From NCBI GenBank assembly GCA_965214935.1, contig CBDCCS010000021.1:224001-288000 (forward strand): DNA of 64,000 bases, written 5' to 3'. The position numbers and the translations under genes were made by a program. Source of the DNA: Candidatus Velthaea sp. GTDB lineage: Bacteria > Vulcanimicrobiota > Vulcanimicrobiia > Vulcanimicrobiales > Vulcanimicrobiaceae. The notes below the pieces were generated by a model. That model did no database searches. It saw nothing but the letters and a program-made list of their open reading frames with translations, and was not told the origin of the DNA. Positions 59,144 through 64,000 of the stretch are shown in pieces (position 1 is the first letter of the stretch; each line of letters starts with the position of its first letter).

Positions 59144-59641
59144 TTACACGCGCGGTAACCCGCGCAGCAACCAGCGTTCGAGATACCGCAGCCAGCGCGT
59201 ATTGAGCGGATCGTGACGCACGAGCGGTTCGACGAGAATTGCCGATAAGCCGAACAACCGCGCGCCCAAGATGTCGGTGAACAGTTGATCGCCGACAACG
59301 ACGACGGCCGCGCGCGGCAGTTCGAGCACACCGAGCGCGCGGCGAAAGCCGGACGGCAGCGGCTTGCGCGCGTTGGCGATACATGGAATGCCGAGGTTGC
59401 GTGCGACGTCTTTGGCCCACGGCGTTGCGTTATTGGTTACCATGACGACCTGCACGCCGCGCTCGCGAGCCGCAACGATCCAACGTGCATCGCGATCGTC
59501 GGGGGCGAGTTGCCGATAGCCGACGAGCGTGTTATCGAGATCGATGATCACGCCGCGCAATCCATTCGCGGCAAGGTCTTCGAATTTGATATCGGCGACG
59601 CGCGGCGCGTACATGGTGGGCCACCACCAGCGCCGCCTCAT
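59144..59641 (-). CDS. YqeG family HAD IIIA phosphatase
   Basis: DLDNTL, TNN, KP, GDQLFTDILG. Confidence 0.9.
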   Translation of the reverse strand: MRRRWWWPTMYAPRVADIKFEDLAANGLRGVIIDLDNTLVGYRQLAPDDRDARWIVAARERGVQVVMVTNNATPWAKDVARNLGIPCIANARKPLPSGFRRALGVLELPRAAVVVVGDQLFTDILGARLFGLSAILVEPLVRHDPLNTRWLRYLERWLLRGLPRV

Positions 59642-60513
59642 ACGACCGGAGCGTAGACGGAGATTGCGTGCGGCACAACTTTGAATTCAGCCGGCGTACG
59701 TGTCGCCGGTTCACCGTCGGCAAACACTTGATGCCGATGGCGGCCCCGCACGACGAACCGGCGGCCGCGCAATGTCTGAACGCCGTGCGCCGACGGGAAG
59801 CGTTTGAGTGCGACCGCGGCGATGATTTCAAACGGCTCCCACCAGTGCGTCAACGCGATACTATACAAATCGAGCGTTCCATCATCGATCCGCGCCTCCG
59901 TGTTTTCAACCACACCGCCGAAACGGTAACTGTTCGCAACGGTCAATTGCATCGTCGTTAGTGCCGTACGCTCACCATTTTCTAACTCGACTTCGAGATG
60001 GTAGGGCCGCAGCGAACGCCAGGCGCGAAGCGTCGCTAGCGGAATTGCCAGCATGCCCCAACGATTTTTCACCTCGCCGGTCTGTTCTTGCGCGACATGC
60101 GTCGATAGACCGATGCTCGCTTCGTTAAAGAACCAAAAACCGTTAACGTTACCGACATCGATTTGGCGCGGAGCACCGGTATCGAGCAGCGCACAGGCAG
60201 CGTTGATATCGAGCGGAATCGCCAAGGTCCGAGCCAGTTCGTTGATCGTTCCTAACGGCAGAATCAGCAGCGGCACGCCGACGGTCCGCAGTCCGCCGAT
60301 TGCCGAAATGAGCGTGCCGTCGCCGCCGCCGATGGCGACCGTATCGACACGTCCGCGATGCGCGACGATCGCGCGTTCGAGGTCGGCAGCCCGGCGCGTG
60401 TCCGCAACGATAACGTCATGGCCCTGCGCACGTAAACGCAAGAGCGCCGCATCGCGGGCATCGCGTCCGCGCCGGGCACGCACGTTGACGGCTAAGAGGA
60501 TTCGCTGAGCCAC
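59638..60513 (-). CDS. YegS/BmrU/DAGK family lipid kinase
   Basis: GGDGT, PLGT.N.LA, IDVG, F.N..SIG, IDDG.LD, DGE; GGGTAC 9 nt before GTG. Confidence 0.9.
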   Translation of the reverse strand: MAQRILLAVNVRARRGRDARDAALLRLRAQGHDVIVADTRRAADLERAIVAHRGRVDTVAIGGGDGTLISAIGGLRTVGVPLLILPLGTINELARTLAIPLDINAACALLDTGAPRQIDVGNVNGFWFFNEASIGLSTHVAQEQTGEVKNRWGMLAIPLATLRAWRSLRPYHLEVELENGERTALTTMQLTVANSYRFGGVVENTEARIDDGTLDLYSIALTHWWEPFEIIAAVALKRFPSAHGVQTLRGRRFVVRGRHRHQVFADGEPATRTPAEFKVVPHAISVYAPVV

Positions 60514-60642
60514 GCCCGGTGCGTACCCGCCGGACCTATCGTTGAAGCCCAATTTGCTTCACCGGTTCAATTCGTCGAGGGTTACGCCGAGCAGCGTTCA
60601 AAGCGCTGCAAGCCACTTTTTGCCCATGCAGGTTATCGGAAA

Positions 60643-61512
60643 ATAGCTAACTACGACGTTGTTTGGGTCGACACGTTCACCGCAACTCCGCTTGCCGGAA
60701 ACGCTTGTGCCGTGCTGGTCGATGCGCGCGGTCTCGAGGGTCCGGCGATGCAGGCCGTCGCGCGTGAATTCAATCTTTCCGAGACGGCGTTCGTCTTTCC
60801 ATCCGATCAAGCCGACTTCTCCGTTCGCTATTTCATGCCGGTCGGCGAGATACCGCTGGCCGGTCATCCGACGATCGCCACCACCCATGCACTCTGTGAG
60901 ATCGGTAAGATTAGCGGCGATTGCACCGCAATTACACTGCAGATGCCGGCCGGCATCATCCCCGTCGCGATCGATCGTGCGGCGGGCGCACCGCGTTACG
61001 CAATGTCGCAACCCGCACCGCAATTCTTATCCAGCCGGAAGCGCGGCGCAATCGCCAAGGCACTCGGTCTGCAGAAAAAAGATCTGCTGGACTGCGTGCC
61101 GCAAGTGGTTTCGACCGGGACGCCGCAACTGCAGATCGCCTTGGCGTCGCTGGCGGCACTCGATCGCATCGCGGTCGATCGCGAACTGCTCTTTCCGGCG
61201 GCACGCGATTTCCTGAGCGCTCACATTTTTGCGCGCGCCGACGACGAATACCGGCTGCATGCGCGGCATTTCGCCGACGTCGGCGACGTGCTGGAAGATC
61301 CGTTCACGGGTTCGGCAACGGGCGGAATGGCAGCCTACTGCGCGCGCTACGGCATCGTCACCGAATCTCGCTACCGGGTCGCCCAAGGCATGCACGTTAA
61401 CCGTCCGGGTGTCGCCGACGTCGAGGTAAGCGGAACCGCGCCGGATCGGATCGGCCGGATTACCGTCGCAGGCAATGCAATCACGGTTTTACGCGGGACC
61501 CTCAGCGTGTAA
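60643..61512 (+). CDS. PhzF family isomerase/epimerase (probable ATA start; first canonical GTG 60712)
   Basis: VDTFT..PLAGN upstream of 60712; NLSETAF, E.PLAGHPT, EDP.TGSA. Confidence 0.88.
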   Translation: MANYDVVWVDTFTATPLAGNACAVLVDARGLEGPAMQAVAREFNLSETAFVFPSDQADFSVRYFMPVGEIPLAGHPTIATTHALCEIGKISGDCTAITLQMPAGIIPVAIDRAAGAPRYAMSQPAPQFLSSRKRGAIAKALGLQKKDLLDCVPQVVSTGTPQLQIALASLAALDRIAVDRELLFPAARDFLSAHIFARADDEYRLHARHFADVGDVLEDPFTGSATGGMAAYCARYGIVTESRYRVAQGMHVNRPGVADVEVSGTAPDRIGRITVAGNAITVLRGTLSV

Positions 61513-61590
61513 GCTGCACGCGCCGGCCAAAGGGTTTCCCACTTTCCGGCCAAAGGCGCGGAGATGACGGCCGCGCCGCTTCTCTAACCG

Positions 61591-62409
61591 ATGCAGCAAG
61601 ACGCCACCGTTCGGACGACCTCCGGCGTAACGCGCCCGGCCGTCGTCGAAGCCCGCAACCTGCATGTCGTTTTCGGCGAGGGTGCGGCGCAGACCGTTGC
61701 GCTACGTGCCGTCGACCTAACGATTGAATCGGGCGAGTTTGTTTCGCTTATCGGTCCGTCCGGCTGCGGCAAAACGACGTTGCTGCGCGCATTCGCCGAC
61801 CTCGAACACGCCAGTACCGGACACGTAACGATCAACGGGCTCAGCGCGCAAGAAGCACGCCGGCAACGTGCGTACGGCTACGTTTTTCAAGCACCCGCAC
61901 TCTTTCAATGGCGCAACATCGAACGAAACGTGATGTTGCCGCTTGAAATCATGGGCGTGCCGCCGCCCGAACGCAGCGCGCGCGCAAAACGTCAGCTCGA
62001 ACTCGTCGGGCTCGGCGATGTCGGCCGGAAATTTCCGTGGCAGCTTTCGGGCGGGATGCAGCAGCGCGCATCGATCGCTCGCGCCCTGAGCTTCGAGCCG
62101 GCGCTGCTGCTGATGGACGAACCATTCGGAGCGCTCGATGAAATAACACGCGACGGCCTCAACGTCCATCTGCTCGATCTGTGGCGGCGTACCGCAATGA
62201 CCGTCGTCTTCGTGACGCACTCGATCCCCGAAGCGGTCTATCTCTCAACGCGGATCGTGGTCATGTCGCCGCGTCCCGGGCGAATCATCGACGTTGTCGA
62301 TTGCAACCTCGGGCTGCAGCGCCCGCTGACGATTCGCGAAACGCCGGAATTCTTGCAGGTCGCGCAGCGCGTACGAACGGCGCTGCAGAGTGCGCACACG
62401 TATGACTGA
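61591..62409 (+). CDS. NitT/TauT family ABC ATP-binding protein
   Basis: GPSGCGKTT, LSGGMQQR, MDEPFGALD, VTHS. Confidence 0.93.
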   Translation: MQQDATVRTTSGVTRPAVVEARNLHVVFGEGAAQTVALRAVDLTIESGEFVSLIGPSGCGKTTLLRAFADLEHASTGHVTINGLSAQEARRQRAYGYVFQAPALFQWRNIERNVMLPLEIMGVPPPERSARAKRQLELVGLGDVGRKFPWQLSGGMQQRASIARALSFEPALLLMDEPFGALDEITRDGLNVHLLDLWRRTAMTVVFVTHSIPEAVYLSTRIVVMSPRPGRIIDVVDCNLGLQRPLTIRETPEFLQVAQRVRTALQSAHTYD

Positions 62410-63268
62410 CGGCTTGCGACGCTGCGTGCCGGTCGGCATCGTGTTAGTCGCGGTCGTTGCGCTTTGGTACGCAGGCGCACTCTTGCTCAACGCATCTGCC
62501 GCGGCGGCGTTAGCCGGCGGACACACGGATGCGGTATCGTTCGCCCGCGCGGCATGGTCGCTGGAGCGGCCGCTTCTGCCGGCGCCGCATCAAGTCGCTC
62601 GAAGCGTCATTGCCGGCGTGTTCGGTGCACCGCCGGATTCACCGCGCAGCTTAGTCTTCCACGCCGCAGTCACCGCGCAAACCGCCGTACTCGGGCTGGC
62701 GATTGCACTCGTCGCCGGCATCGCGCTTGCAACGGGCATCGTGCAATCACGGGTCTTAGATCGCTCGCTGATGCCGTGGATCATTGCGAGCCAAGCCGTC
62801 CCGGTTCTCGCGATCGCGCCGATGGTCGTTGTCGTTTTGGGCAATATCGGCTTAAGCGGCTTACTGCCGAAGGCGCTCATTGCGGGCTGGCTGAGTTTCT
62901 TTCCGATCGCGACGGCGATGGTGACCGGGCTGCGTTCGCCCGATCGAATGCAGCTCGATTTATTGCGCACCTATCATGCCGGCCGCCGCGATATCTTCGT
63001 AAAGCTGCGCTGGCCTGCGTCGATCGCATTTCTTTTTACCGGCATCAAGGTTGCCGTTACGCTCGCGCTCGTCGGAGCGATCGTGGCAGAACTACCGACC
63101 GGCGCAGAAGCCGGTCTTGGTGCGCGCCTGCTTGCGGGTTCCTATTACGGCCAAACATTGCAGATTTGGGCCGCGCTCATGATGGCCGCGATCCTGACGT
63201 TGTGCGCCGTAGCCGTTACCGATGCCATACAGAAACTACTCGTTGCACGCCGCGGCGGGCGGCTTTGA
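62402..63268 (+). CDS. NitT/TauT family ABC permease
   Basis: LLPAP, P...SQ.VP.LAIAP, GL.SPD, KLRWP, GAIVAE. Confidence 0.9.
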   Translation: MTDGLRRCVPVGIVLVAVVALWYAGALLLNASAAAALAGGHTDAVSFARAAWSLERPLLPAPHQVARSVIAGVFGAPPDSPRSLVFHAAVTAQTAVLGLAIALVAGIALATGIVQSRVLDRSLMPWIIASQAVPVLAIAPMVVVVLGNIGLSGLLPKALIAGWLSFFPIATAMVTGLRSPDRMQLDLLRTYHAGRRDIFVKLRWPASIAFLFTGIKVAVTLALVGAIVAELPTGAEAGLGARLLAGSYYGQTLQIWAALMMAAILTLCAVAVTDAIQKLLVARRGGRL

Positions 63269-63287
63269 AGGCAGCCCTGCGCCGCCC

Positions 63288-64000
63288 ATGATCCCCGGCG
63301 CTCTCGTACTCTTGAGTTCAGTGTTTATCGGCGGCGCTGCTATCGTCGCACTTGCGCGGCGCACCGGCCCGGTGTCCTTCGTCGTCACGCCGCTGCTGTT
63401 CGGCGCGCTGCTGTTATGGTGCTGGCAAATAGCGTGCGTCGGCTTTCACATTCCCGCCGTTTTACTGCCTGCTCCCAGCGCAATTGCAATTGCGTTCGCA
63501 ACGCACGTTCCGCTATTATGGGCCGATTTCGTGCAGACGGTCGTTCGGGCGGTCGTTCCGGGTTACGTCATCGGCTGCGCATCGGGATATCTGGTGGCCG
63601 TCGCGCTGGACCGCTCGGCCTTTCTACGACGCGGTGTCTTACCCGTCGCCGGGCTTGTCGGCGCAATGCCGATCGTCGGCATCGCGCCGATCATGGTCAT
63701 GTGGTTCGGCTTCGACTGGCCCTCGAAGGCGGCGGTCGCCGCAGTAATGACGTTTTTCCCAATGCTGATCAACACCGTCGCCGGCCTGGGCGCAAGCGGC
63801 ATCATGGAGCGCGATTTGATGCGCTCGTACGGAGCCACGTATTTGCAGACATTGCTCAAGCTTCGGTTACCGGCAGCACTGCCGTTTGTCTTTAACGCGC
63901 TGAAGCTTAATTTCTCTCTCGCGCTGATCGGCGCGATCGTTGCCGAGTTTTTCGGTACACCGATTGTCGGCATGGGATTTCGTATTTCAACCGAAGCGGC
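63288..64000 (+). CDS. Second NitT/TauT family ABC permease (runs off window end)
   Basis: Hand translation from ATG 63288: LLPAPS, MPIVGIAP..VMWFG..W.SK, FFPML.NT, KLRLP.ALP, GAIVAEFF. Confidence 0.88.
   Translation, partial: MIPGALVLLSSVFIGGAAIVALARRTGPVSFVVTPLLFGALLLWCWQIACVGFHIPAVLLPAPSAIAIAFATHVPLLWADFVQTVVRAVVPGYVIGCASGYLVAVALDRSAFLRRGVLPVAGLVGAMPIVGIAPIMVMWFGFDWPSKAAVAAVMTFFPMLINTVAGLGASGIMERDLMRSYGATYLQTLLKLRLPAALPFVFNALKLNFSLALIGAIVAEFFGTPIVGMGFRISTEA

Overview
GC-rich, gene-dense bacterial chromosomal window with about 65 CDS. I found no rRNA, tRNA, CRISPR array, IS element or prophage. Outer-membrane biogenesis genes (LptD-like, LptC-like, lnt) occur together with Gram-positive-type regulatory signals (GAAC-N4-GTTC LexA boxes, a SigB-type promoter, a short S1). 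This suggests a diderm Terrabacteria lineage such as Eremiobacterota/Vulcanimicrobiota; the assignment is inference only. Recognisable genes include coaE, rpsA, mutM, polA, cheR, pntAA/AB/B, a UbiD+UbiA pair (futalosine-type mqnL/mqnP), a YtrA-type GntR-ABC operon, an RND pump, an M16 peptidase pair, imuA/imuB-like genes and a NitT/TauT ABC transporter. The most interesting signals are not in the ORF track. (1) A putative SigB/SigF-type general-stress regulon: GGGTAC lies 9-10 nt before six start codons, and a consensus GTTTAA-N13-GGGAAT precedes the GsiB-like genes. (2) An unannotated 37-aa gene with its own strong promoter and SD lies antisense between two separately LexA-controlled imu genes. 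(3) Up to four genes (rpsA, lnt, an A2M-like gene, a phzF-like gene) appear to need ATT/ATC/ATA start codons. (4) An unannotated SmtA-like metallothionein and a 42-aa peptide gene heading the ytr-like operon. (5) A membrane-anchored protein with about 275 aa of Gly/Ser polymer upstream of an RND pump. (6) A 1-nt frameshift in pntAA.
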